Source: an uncultured Methanomicrobiaceae archaeon
GTDB lineage: Archaea; Halobacteriota; Methanomicrobia; Methanomicrobiales; Methanoculleaceae
NCBI GenBank assembly: GCA_963826525.1
Contig: CAWGXH010000003.1
Location: 352,001-416,000, forward strand
Length of the DNA stretch: 64,000 bases
Reading direction: 5' to 3'
A program made the position numbers and the translations under genes. This document shows positions 12,227 through 21,914 of this stretch, piece by piece; position 1 is the stretch's first letter; each line of letters starts with the position of its first letter. The notes beneath the pieces were generated by a model. It saw only the letters and a program-made list of their open reading frames with translations. It was not told where the DNA came from and did no database searches.

Positions 12227-13276
12227 ATGTTCAGAATCGTCTGGGATAAAGAGGATGTCGAGCGGGGAATCAAATCCGGAACCGGCGAAGCCGGCCCCCT
12301 CGGTTTTTTAACGCCTATACAGGTTTACGCGAACGGCGTTGATATGTCGGGGCTTGAAGCAGCTCCAAAAGGAAACATTACCCATTTTGATGGTCTCTTC
12401 TTAGAATTCTTCTACATATTCCATTCCATAGACCCGGAGAACCTGCAGGAAGAGAAGTTCCACATGAGTTCAAGCGTGAAAAACCGTGTTGATGGTGGGA
12501 GTTTCAATCTCTACGTCTATCATGATAAAGAATCTGACATCCTGACTTTGAAATACCGCAACTTCATGCATCCCGAATACCGTATACTGGAGATCCCGTT
12601 GAAAGATTTCACGGAAGGAATCCTTCAATCGGCAACCGAAATGCTTGAAGGGGTATTACGGGTCGCTCCGGAATTTGAGGGTGATGTTAACTATATTGTG
12701 CTAAAAGAGGATATGGAACTCATTCGAAACTGGTATCAGGAGCGGTACGGAACAGCGACCGTTCCACGTCCTCTTATTAAGAGAGGATCTTCCACGAAGA
12801 CGAAAGAGGGGCGCATCCGCTGGATCGGCGTTGAGGATGCTGCCGACCCGGGGATGATCGACTGCGTGCAGAAGATCCTCGACATCACGTATCCCGACGA
12901 TTACCTGGCGTGCGTACAAAAATACTCTCTGGGGTTCCCCTACCCGTACAACATCATCGTCAATGAAAGGCTCAAGGGGGGGAGGAGCCAGTTTGTCCGC
13001 CTCCGTGGTTTTGATCCGGAGAAACCGATGTCGTACGTATTAACCCTCTACTACGCCTTAAATTGCCCGGCACCGGGCATCAATGCTTATCTGCCGGACA
13101 ACGTTGTCCCCTTTGCCGATGCTTTCGGTGACGACAGACTCTGTTTCGATTACCGGGAAGGTTTCCCTCCGAAAGTGGTGGACCGGAAATCTCACGAACT
13201 GGACCCAGATAGATCGGTGATACTTCTCTGCAACTCATTTACGGAGTTGTTTGAGATCATGGAACGGTGCGAGTGA
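12227..13276 (+). CDS. Putative immunity protein: unknown N-terminal domain fused to SMI1/KNR4 (SUKH)
   Basis: Directly after the toxin, GGAG RBS; C-terminal half LDITYPDDY..VPFADAFGDDRLCFDYREG..CNSFTELF. Confidence 0.8.
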   Translation: MFRIVWDKEDVERGIKSGTGEAGPLGFLTPIQVYANGVDMSGLEAAPKGNITHFDGLFLEFFYIFHSIDPENLQEEKFHMSSSVKNRVDGGSFNLYVYHDKESDILTLKYRNFMHPEYRILEIPLKDFTEGILQSATEMLEGVLRVAPEFEGDVNYIVLKEDMELIRNWYQERYGTATVPRPLIKRGSSTKTKEGRIRWIGVEDAADPGMIDCVQKILDITYPDDYLACVQKYSLGFPYPYNIIVNERLKGGRSQFVRLRGFDPEKPMSYVLTLYYALNCPAPGINAYLPDNVVPFADAFGDDRLCFDYREGFPPKVVDRKSHELDPDRSVILLCNSFTELFEIMERCE

Positions 13277-13308
13277 ATGGCTGAATGACTGGAAGAATGA
13301 GGTGTACC

Positions 13309-13745
13309 GTGAAAGATATTCAGTGGAGCAATACTGAGGAGAGACGGAACGACTTTGATGAACTGATTCCCTGCATCGAGAAAGCATTTCGTCTGACCCT
13401 GCCGGACGATTTTAAACTCTGTGCGATCGAAAACGGTGGAGGGAGCCCTGTTCCGTGTCGCTTCGACGTCGGGGACGAGAAAGGGAAGACGCTCGTGAGA
13501 CTGTTGAGTCTCGACCCGAGATCGAAGGACTTTTTCTGGAAGCATTATGCAGCCGTGGGATGGTATCCGCGAGGTTATGGCCGGGATCGTACCCGATCGC
13601 GCAGGAGCGGGAAGGCAACTACATTAGCCTGGATTACGAGAAGGGTTTCCCGCCGAGGATCGCGTATGTGATCGGAAGTGTGAGACCCCGGCGGAAAGTT
13701 GTCATATCGGACTCCTTTACGGCGTTTCTGGAGACGCTTTACTGA
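13309..13745 (+). CDS. SMI1/KNR4 (SUKH) immunity protein (one frameshift)
   Basis: IEKAFRLTLPDDFK..NGGGSP | YPIAQEREGNYISLDYEKGFPP..SDSFTAFLETL. Confidence 0.8.
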
Positions 13746-13769
13746 AGCGGAACCCGACGGTGTAGGTGA

Positions 13770-13901
13770 GAGAGGAGAATCCCCACTGGACTGTATTATC
13801 GTGAGATGGTTCCGCCAAACGGTCAGTATATCAGGGTTGCAACGAATCCCGATGGGAGGATCTTATCGGCATACATGGTCAAAAAACTGCCAACGGTGTG
13901 A
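13770..13901 (+). pseudogene. Orphan toxin C-terminal tip fragment
   Basis: Start-less frame GLYYREMVPPNGQYIRVATNPDGRILSAYMVKKLPTV*, stop 5 nt before the next ATG. Confidence 0.5.
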
Positions 13902-13906
13902 TTCCT

Positions 13907-14374
13907 ATGGAGACTGAAAAAATTAATTTTTGGATCAAGCAGGGATATTTCCACCTCTCATACGGTGAAGTATCTCTCACGCGGAGTAAAAGTGGAAACG
14001 ATCGGATCATGGATTTTTGCGACTATCTGATGGAGGCAATCCACGATGATTGCATCCCACTCCTCCTTCGCGGAGAGACCTGCAGGATCATGCTCCTTGA
14101 CGATCCGCATGTCCTGTTTTTTGTCCCGAAAGGGGATATGGTCACTATCATCCTCGAGTCCGAAGTTACGGAATGGTTTGAACCCAGGAGCGAGTTTACG
14201 GCCCCCATGAAAGAATGGTTCAGGGCGGTACAGCAGGTAACTCTCGACCTGATTCAGGAGATGCAGGATTTTCCGGGGAAATACTATAAACTCGTGCCGG
14301 TTTCATCAATCATCGAGAAATATCATATCACCGAGAAGGTGCTTCGGGAAGCGGGATACCTGAAGGAGGGATAG
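13907..14374 (+). CDS. Putative orphan immunity protein
   Basis: FTAPMKEWFRAVQQVTLDLI resembles LEIPLKDFTEGILQSATEML in the N-terminal domain of 12227..13276. Confidence 0.55.
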   Translation: METEKINFWIKQGYFHLSYGEVSLTRSKSGNDRIMDFCDYLMEAIHDDCIPLLLRGETCRIMLLDDPHVLFFVPKGDMVTIILESEVTEWFEPRSEFTAPMKEWFRAVQQVTLDLIQEMQDFPGKYYKLVPVSSIIEKYHITEKVLREAGYLKEG

Positions 14375-14489
14375 AATTTTTACATCTGCCCGGCAGGACA
14401 CCGGATTGAGCGGACAGCGGAAAGGAGTATGGGAACAGTTCAATTTCCTCCCTGTAAACGAATAACAAACCTCCAAGGATAGGCATCGC

Positions 14490-15272
14490 ATGAAACCGAA
14501 TGCACCAGAGCGCCGGACTCAATCCGGCACCGACAAAAAACCGGGAAGCCATGGGAATCACTGGGGATGCGTCACGCAGTCCACGGACGAGATCATCCAA
14601 TCGGTGGAGTGGGCGTTGAAGGAGGCGGAAACCGCCGACGTCCGTGAACGGAACGGTCGCGAGATCGCCGCGTACATCCCGGAGTCCCGTTCTCTCACGA
14701 CGTGTGCCATAACCCTCGATCGATCGGTCTCTACCGGCTACCCGGTCGCCGTGGACGGCGTCGTCCACGAGGTGACGGTACAGCGCGTCGAAGAGTGGGC
14801 GAACGAACTCGAAGGACAGGTGGTCGGCTCGATCGGCGACGCTGCCCTGGCTTTCTTCGACACCCGGTACTACCGGAACGGCGATCGTTACCGGGAGGGG
14901 GACAGGCATCTCTTCGCCCTCGCTGCCTTTGCCTACGTGCTGCAGAAGGCCGAACCCCGCACGATCACGGATGCGGAAGGGAAGGAGCACTCGACCCGGA
15001 ACATGGCTGCATACCGCCCGTTCCCGCAGGGCGACGTCGACGACTTCGCGTATCAGTCGCTGGTAAAGAGCGTCGAAACCGTTTCGTTCTGCGGAAAGAC
15101 CGTCTACCGACTCACGGTCACGCTTTTTCGGCTGCCGGATGAGGGCGGCGATTACCGCGATGTCGACATCACGCTGTATGCCGCTGAACATGTGACCGGG
15201 GGCTACGCTCCCCGCGTGGGTGACGATATCATGGGAATTCTCTGGCTGCAGGGCTCCCTTTCTCCCGGATAA
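14490..15272 (+). CDS. Hypothetical protein (GxHW...FFDT...WLQG)
   Basis: Intact 260 aa ORF within the immunity array. Confidence 0.7.
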   Translation: MKPNAPERRTQSGTDKKPGSHGNHWGCVTQSTDEIIQSVEWALKEAETADVRERNGREIAAYIPESRSLTTCAITLDRSVSTGYPVAVDGVVHEVTVQRVEEWANELEGQVVGSIGDAALAFFDTRYYRNGDRYREGDRHLFALAAFAYVLQKAEPRTITDAEGKEHSTRNMAAYRPFPQGDVDDFAYQSLVKSVETVSFCGKTVYRLTVTLFRLPDEGGDYRDVDITLYAAEHVTGGYAPRVGDDIMGILWLQGSLSPG

Positions 15273-15300
15273 CTGAAGAGCAGCGCAGGGGTCTCCTCTC

Positions 15301-15445
15301 GACGACACGTATCGGGATACCGACGACCCCGATCCGCTGACCCGTGCAGCAACCGACGAGATCAACCTCGCCAGGATCGCGCGCGAGATCCTGGCCGGGG
15401 CGACCTATAGGCTGCCCGACGGCTCCTTCTCCTGGCTGGTGACCG
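15301..15445 (+). pseudogene. Second toxin-trunk remnant
   Basis: DDTYRDTDDPDPLTRAATDEINLARIAREILAGATY..GSFSWLV resembles DHDLIKDGEDDEPL...EIALRLGAVFG of the main toxin. Confidence 0.45.
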
Positions 15446-15542
15446 TTTCGCCAGATTGTTCCAGTTCCCTCCTCAACCGAAACTCGGTCATAGAATAGAT
15501 GAAGAGGCAGAGCACCATGATCATCGCTAGCGCCTGGATGCG

Positions 15543-15845
15543 TTAAAAAATCGGGGAACAGATAGAGACGCCGTTCGATGAACCCGAGGCCGTTGAGCAC
15601 CAGTGCTTTGGCAACCTGAGTATGAGTGAGGTGGTGACGGGTTTTGAAGATCGCGCAATTGATAACCCCGGCAATACCGAGGGAATCGTAGGCATCGGCG
15701 ACGATGCCGAGGTGACCGGCAGAGAGGATCGATTCGTCATCGAAACCGCCGATCAGGGGCATACCGATTGATTTCGGCTAAAAGTACAAGGATCGTGCGG
15801 TTTTCAATTATTCAAAGGAAGGATTCGGTTACTGCGGATGATGGG
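15543..15845 (-). mobile_element. IS1634-family remnant (DUF4277 transposase N-terminus plus left end)
   Basis: GHLGIVA..LGIAGVIN..AKALVLNGLGFIERRLYLFPDF; end CCCATCATCCGCAGT on the minus strand at 15845-15831. Confidence 0.8.
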
Positions 15846-15913
15846 TTACCCGGTAGCGGACGTGATTATGCCCGCCGTCACGGCAGAACGTGAAAAAAGA
15901 AGAGGTTGTTCGT

Positions 15914-17209
15914 TTACATCCTTTTGCGGACGACGAAGATCAGCCCGAAGACTGCAAGAGCACCGAGTGCCGCGAAGGGCAGTGCACCGGACTGGGTCGG
16001 GTTCGCGATCGGGTTTAAGGATGCCGAGACGTAACTGGTGCTGCCGGCATTCACCTGCACGCTGTCCGACCAGTCCTGGTACCCGGAGACCTGCACTTTT
16101 ACCGTGTGCGATCCGGGGGAGACATCGGTCAGGGTCAGGGGGGTAATGCCCTTGTAGGCGTTGTCAAGGTAGATGTCCGCACCTGCAGGCGAGGACGAGA
16201 CCGATATCGAACCGGTTGGGCCAGGCGGGAGCGGGGTCATCGCCGCGGAGACGGGGGTGGTCGTGCTGGACTGGACAGCAACGGACGTCGAGTAGTCCTG
16301 GTACCCGGAGAGCGACAGCGCCACGGTGTGGGTTCCCGGGGTGACGCCGCTGACGACGAGCGCCTGGGTAGCGGAGGTCTGTCCCTGGTAGACACCGTCG
16401 ACGGAGACGCTTGCACCGGTGGGTGACGAGCTGACGGAGATATAACCTGGGTTCTGATCGGGAATCGGGCTCATCTGCGCGTTCACGTACGAGGTGACGC
16501 CGGGGGAGACCGTAACGGTCGACTTCCAGTCATAGAAGCCGCTCAGGTCGAGCTCGATGACGTGGCTCTTTGCGGAGACGCTCGAGAGGGTCAGGGGAGT
16601 CTTACCCTTGTAAGCGGCATCCATATAGACGTAGGCACCCGACGGGTTCGAGGAGACGACGACCGCCCCCGGCTGCGCGATGGCCTGCAGCGGGAAGAGG
16701 ATGGTCGACGTCTGGCCTGCACTCACCGAGACGGTCGTCGAGTAGGGCTGGTAGCCGGGCAGGTCCGCTTCGATCTGGTAGGTGCCGGGGGTGATGCTGC
16801 TGATCGTCAGCGGGGTGACGCCGCGGTAGTTGCCGTTCAGGTAGATGGCAGCTCCCGAAGGCGTCGAGGTTGCATAGATCGAACCGCTGGTTGCCGTCGG
16901 GTTGAGCGTGACGTAGACGTCGACGGTCTCTCCTGCTGCCGGTTCGCCCGGAAGGCTTCCGGCTGCCGATTTGTAGCCCGACATCTCGAGCCGGTAGGTC
17001 TGGTAGGGGCTTCCCGTCGTGTAGACCGGTACCGAGAGGACACCCTGCGCGATCTGGCCCTTGTAGCCGCCGTCGAAGTAGACGGATGCACCGTCCACGT
17101 TACAGTGAACGGTGTACCAGCCTTCGCTCCCGCCGATACTCGCTGCCGAGGCACCGGCACAGAGGACGAGCAGGGCGAGTCCGAGAATTATAGATCTGGT
17201 TGTTTTCAT
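15914..17209 (-). CDS. Multi-PEGA cell-surface protein with signal peptide and C-terminal TM/basic anchor
   Basis: Repeated SSPxGAxxYxDxxYKGxTPL; ends ALPFAALGALAVFGLIFVVRKRM. Confidence 0.9.
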   Translation of the reverse strand: MKTTRSIILGLALLVLCAGASAASIGGSEGWYTVHCNVDGASVYFDGGYKGQIAQGVLSVPVYTTGSPYQTYRLEMSGYKSAAGSLPGEPAAGETVDVYVTLNPTATSGSIYATSTPSGAAIYLNGNYRGVTPLTISSITPGTYQIEADLPGYQPYSTTVSVSAGQTSTILFPLQAIAQPGAVVVSSNPSGAYVYMDAAYKGKTPLTLSSVSAKSHVIELDLSGFYDWKSTVTVSPGVTSYVNAQMSPIPDQNPGYISVSSSPTGASVSVDGVYQGQTSATQALVVSGVTPGTHTVALSLSGYQDYSTSVAVQSSTTTPVSAAMTPLPPGPTGSISVSSSPAGADIYLDNAYKGITPLTLTDVSPGSHTVKVQVSGYQDWSDSVQVNAGSTSYVSASLNPIANPTQSGALPFAALGALAVFGLIFVVRKRM

Positions 17210-17436
17210 GCTTCTCTCTCCGAAAAATACAATTATGAGGTATCGTTTTTGCTCTATTATTCCTTTCTATTAATTCTCTTGCAAATTCGTGCTTAATACC
17301 GGATATTGAGGGATTTGCTCGCAGATCTGAGGCAACCCGGGTATTGTATCCGCCCCCGCTCTTGCATCGGCTATATGGGCATGTGGTGCAGGAACAAATG
17401 AAAACAGTAATTATCTGCACCACTGACCTGTTCTGC

Positions 17437-19288
17437 ATGGTGCGATATTCGGTCACTATGCACGATGCCCTCGCCGGGAGGATCGATGAGGCGCGTGAAA
17501 CCCGCGGTCTCTCCCGTTCGGAGTGGATCAACGAGGTCTGCAGATCCTTCCTCGACGGTGCACCCACCTTCGGCGACCAGCGAGCGATCGCGGCCCCACC
17601 CGGCAACGGGGGTTCGACTCCTCCGCAGAAGCATGCCATGGGCGATTACGATGAGACCTGTGCGAACTTCTCGATCCACGTCCCGAAGTTCTTCAACTTC
17701 GGGTTCGACGTCATCGACCGGTGGGCTGAGACCGACCGGAACAAACTCGCCATGATCTGGGTGAACCAGGAGGGAGAGGAGAAGAAGTACTCCTTCCGGG
17801 ATTTGAAGAACCTCTCGAACGGAGCGGCAAATATTCTGCTCAAGTACGGGATCATGAAGGGCGACCGCGTCATGCTTATGCTCCCCCGGGTGCCGGAGTG
17901 GTGGATATTCGTCCTCGCCCTTACGAAGCTCGGTGCGGTCTTCTGCCCCTGCCCGACGATGCTGACGCCGAAAGACATCAAGTACCGGGTCAATGCCGGG
18001 AAGTTCAAGATGGTCATCACGAACAGCGAGAACGCGGAGAAGGTCGATGCGATCTGCGACGAGTGCCCGACCCTGACGAAGCGGTTCATGGTGGACGGTG
18101 CACGGCAGGGCTGGGCGAGCTACCCGCACGAGATCGACTATCCCGCCCGGGTATCGCACCACTCGGTGAGCATGCCCGTCGAGAGGAAGACGAAGGCCAC
18201 CGATCCGATGCTGATCTACTTCACCTCGGGGACGACCGGGCAGGCGAAGATGGTGCTGCACGATCAGAGCTACCCGCTCGGCCATATCGTGACCGCCGGA
18301 CTCTGGCAGGACGTCAACGAACACGATCTCCACTTCACCTTCTCGGACACCGGGTGGGCAAAGTGTGCGTGGGGCAAGATCTTCGGACAGTGGATCCAGG
18401 GTGCCTGCCTCTTCATCTATGATATCAAGGGACGGTTCGAGGCGACGGAGCTCCTCCCCCTCATCGAGAAGTATGAGGTCACCACCCTCTGCTGCCCCCC
18501 GACGGTCTACCGGATGCTGATCCTCGCCGACCTCGACAAGTTCGATTTCCGCGACCTGCGCCACTGCTGCAGTGCGGGCGAGCCGTTAAACCCCGAGGTG
18601 ATCCGGGTCTGGAAGGAGGGCACGGGCCTGACTATCTACGAGGGCTACGGGCAGACCGAGACGGCCTGCTGTGTCGCGACGTTCCCGTGCATGAAGAATA
18701 AGCCGGGCTCGATGGGAAAACCGTCCCCGGGATGGGATGTCGAACTCCACGACGACGACGGCACCCCGGTCGGTGTGCACAAGGAAGGAAGGATCGCGGT
18801 CAAGCTCAATCCCCGGCCGCCGGGGCTCTTCGTCGAGTACCCTGGACAACCCCGAGGCGAACCGGGAGTCGTTCGTGAACGGCTACTACTATACGGGCGA
18901 TAAAGCCTACATGGACGAGGACGGCTACTTCTGGTTCGTCGGCCGTGACGACGATGTGATCAAGTCGTCCGGGTACCGGATAGGCCCCTTCGAGGTCGAG
19001 AGCGCACTCCTCGAGCACCCGGCGGTGCAGGAGTCTGCCGTCGTCGGGTCGCCCGATCTCCTCCGCGGGATGATCGTCAAGGCGTTCGTCGTCTTAAACT
19101 CGGGATTCGAGCCCTCCGAGTCGCTGGTGAAGGAGCTGCAGGGGTACGTGCGTCGCACGACCGCCCCGTACAAGTATCCCCGGTCGATCGAGTTCGTGAC
19201 GGAACTGCCAAAGACCCTCTCCGGCAAGATCCAGCGGAACGTCCTCCGGGAGCGGGAACTGCAGAGAAGCGCGAACAACCAGGAATAA
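17437..19288 (+). CDS. Acyl-CoA synthetase (AMP-binding) with an N-terminal ribbon-helix-helix domain (frameshift near 18840)
   Basis: [32 protein letters not shown]; N-terminus [26 protein letters not shown]. Confidence 0.9.
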
Positions 19289-19325
19289 CTCTTTTTTCCG
19301 GGAAAAAAGGATATGATCGGCTGCT

Positions 19326-19934
19326 CTAACAGATCGAGCTCGATGAAGTTCTCGAAGAAGCCGCAGCCCCACGGCGCCGCTCTTTTCGGGGTGGAACTGC
19401 ACGCCGTAGGTGGTGCCGCTCCTGATGGACGAGGCGAAGGGGCGGATGTACTCGGTCGAGGTCAGCATGTATGCGGGGGTGGTCGAGGCGTAGAAGGAGT
19501 GGACGAAGTAGACGTAACTCTCGCTTTTGACCCCCTCGAAGAGCGGGTCGGCCGCTTCGATCCGGATGGTGTTCCAGCCCATGTGGGGCACTTTCATGCC
19601 GGGTACGACCGGGAACCGTTTCACCTCGCCCGGCACCAGCGCAAGGCCGCGGTGGATGCCGTGCTCCTCGCTCGAGTCCATGAGCATCTGCATCCCGAGG
19701 CAGATCCCGAGGAGCGGCACCTCGCGGCTCGCGGCGAGCACCGTGCCTTTGAGGTCGCCGAGCATCTCCATCCCTTCGCGGAAGGCGCCGACCCCGGGGA
19801 GGACGATACCGTCTGCTGAAGCGATGACCTCCGGGTCGGCGGTGATGGTCGCGTCCGCTCCCGCCCGCTCAAGCCCCCGGAAGACGCTTCTGAGGTTTCC
19901 GACACCGTAATCAATTATAGCCTATCTTCTTCAT
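19326..19934 (-). CDS. hisH: Imidazole glycerol phosphate synthase, glutaminase subunit (indels at both ends)
   Basis: IIDYGVGNLRSV, LPGVGAF, GICLGMQ, VPHMGWN, YFVHSF, QFHPEKSG. Confidence 0.95.
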
Positions 19935-21321
19935 CCTGACCGCCTCTCCTGCGCCAGAGCCCGTCGTCCACCCACGCGGCGGAGAGCTCCCGGCGCTCCT
20001 GCCATCCGCGCAGGCGCTCCGTCCAGCCCGCCCAGAGATCGGGGCAGGCCTCCTCGATCATCCGCAGTGTTGCCATGTCGCTCGAGGGGCACATAAAGCA
20101 GCCGATCCTATCAAGCCCCTGCGCGTAGAGCCGGTTGTAGGGCGCCTGTTTTTGGAAGATGTAGAGCCAGACGTGCATCGCCGTCCACGCCTGGATCGGC
20201 GCTGCGGAGAGCTGGTTTCTGACGTGGCTGTTCCTCCAGACCCTTCTGCTCTGCATCCTTTTGACCGACTCGTACTTCCGCTGGCCGATGAACGAGAGGC
20301 ATTCGCCCCAGTGCTCCTCGATGAGGTGGCCGACGGGGTGGAGTTTGCAGACCTTGCAGCACCACCGGAAGTCGACGGCCGGGGGCCCCTGCTCGTCGAA
20401 GGTCTTCCAGAAGTTATCGGACTCGTTGATGCGGATGACCGAAAGGTCGTAGCGCTCCGCGACGTCGTCGATGTTCTCGTAGGTCTCGGGGAACTCAAGC
20501 CCCGTGTCGGCGAAGATCAGGGGCACCTTGCCGATCGCCTCGAGGACGACGAGCAGCGTTGCGAGGCTGTCTTTCCCGCCCGAGGACGAGACGGTCGGCT
20601 GGATCCCGGGATTCTTACCGATGACGTCCCGGACGAACTCGACGGCCGACGTCTCGAATTTTGCGAGGATATCGGCGTTGGCGGCGACGGCCGCATCCCA
20701 GGTAGCCGCCCCGGGGACGCAGGTCGCCGGGAAGTTCTTGCGCGTCCGGATGACCGTTCCGCGCTCCATTCCTTCGGTATCCGCGGCGCTGACCTTCGCC
20801 CGCCCGACACCGATGCACTCGCCGCTCCGCGTGAGGATGAATACTTCGTCGCCGACCGCGATCGCCGGGTCGATGGCGACGAGGCCGGGGGCGAGGAGGC
20901 TTGCCCCTTCGTCGCGGATAGAGGGGACGGCACCGTCGTCGGCGATGACGTAGCGCTTCGTCGGCGTCATGTAGGCGGCGGCATGCGGCCGGGGCAGCGG
21001 TTCCCAGCGCTCTTCGGCGGGGAGGTAGCGCACGGCGCCGACGACCGCACCGCCTATGACGATCTCGTCCATGCGGTCCTCCGCGGGCACCTTGTTCAGC
21101 AGCACCAGGTGCCCCTCGGGGATGAGGGGAGACCCGAAGTACTCCCGGTAGATCCGGTTGATCCGATCGATATCGTCCGGGAAGGCCGGGCGGGCATCCC
21201 CGGGGGGCGTTACGGAGACCGGCCGTGTCGCGGCGCCGCAGGCGCAGGTCTCCGCCATCACCGGTGCGTGGCAGGAGTCGCACCATCGAAGGAGGATCTT
21301 CCCTAAGTAAATGCGGGGCAT
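19915..21321 (-). CDS. PAPS-reductase family protein with PUA domain
   Basis: SGGKDS, DTGLEFPET, RWCCKVCK, RIGCFMCP; PUA segment GASLLAPG. Confidence 0.9.
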   Translation of the reverse strand: MPRIYLGKILLRWCDSCHAPVMAETCACGAATRPVSVTPPGDARPAFPDDIDRINRIYREYFGSPLIPEGHLVLLNKVPAEDRMDEIVIGGAVVGAVRYLPAEERWEPLPRPHAAAYMTPTKRYVIADDGAVPSIRDEGASLLAPGLVAIDPAIAVGDEVFILTRSGECIGVGRAKVSAADTEGMERGTVIRTRKNFPATCVPGAATWDAAVAANADILAKFETSAVEFVRDVIGKNPGIQPTVSSSGGKDSLATLLVVLEAIGKVPLIFADTGLEFPETYENIDDVAERYDLSVIRINESDNFWKTFDEQGPPAVDFRWCCKVCKLHPVGHLIEEHWGECLSFIGQRKYESVKRMQSRRVWRNSHVRNQLSAAPIQAWTAMHVWLYIFQKQAPYNRLYAQGLDRIGCFMCPSSDMATLRMIEEACPDLWAGWTERLRGWQERRELSAAWVDDGLWRRRGGQDEEDRL

Positions 21322-21443
21322 ATGTCCTTTGATCTTTGGTTTCGCCGGAGATAAGTATTGGCGACTGCCCTTCTGCCCGTGGCTTGGTGCACGGGCGGCA
21401 CCGGATCGACTGGTTGAAGCACCCGGCCCTCTAAAACCGGTGT

Positions 21444-21899
21444 ATGGATCCGGGGTTCTGCCGCCATTACCGCGGGGACGGCATGCCGCCGTCGAACCGC
21501 TTCTGCAGGTCGTGCCCTCACGCGGCGATCGCCTGCGATCGGCTGTGGCGGCGCGTCGTCGACCTGGCAGGATCAGCAGGCGGCCTGCCTGTGCCGCTGC
21601 CCGGAACGCGTGCGGTGCTCTTCCAAAGCCCGAACAACACTCATTTCGTCCGCCTGCAGGTCAACGTCCGGTGGAACCTCACGAAAGAGGATTTTCTGCA
21701 TTTCATCGCCACCGGGCATGCGAGGATGGGCCGAAAGGAGCAGCGGCGCGACCCGTTCGTATCCCCGAGCCTCACGCGCCAGGAGCCGTACGTAGAGGCT
21801 ATTGTCGCGCTGCTCGGCGGGCGGGACATTCCGGAGATTGCCGCGGTGCGGGCGGTGCAGAAGGGTTGCAGGGATGCAAACCCGTATATGGCCGGATAG
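21444..21899 (+). CDS. Hypothetical protein with Cys-rich N-terminus
   Basis: FCRHY...FCRSCPHAAIAC; 151 aa, just upstream of the ABC genes. Confidence 0.55.
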   Translation: MDPGFCRHYRGDGMPPSNRFCRSCPHAAIACDRLWRRVVDLAGSAGGLPVPLPGTRAVLFQSPNNTHFVRLQVNVRWNLTKEDFLHFIATGHARMGRKEQRRDPFVSPSLTRQEPYVEAIVALLGGRDIPEIAAVRAVQKGCRDANPYMAG

Positions 21900-21914
21900 A
21901 GGTACGGTGTACCG

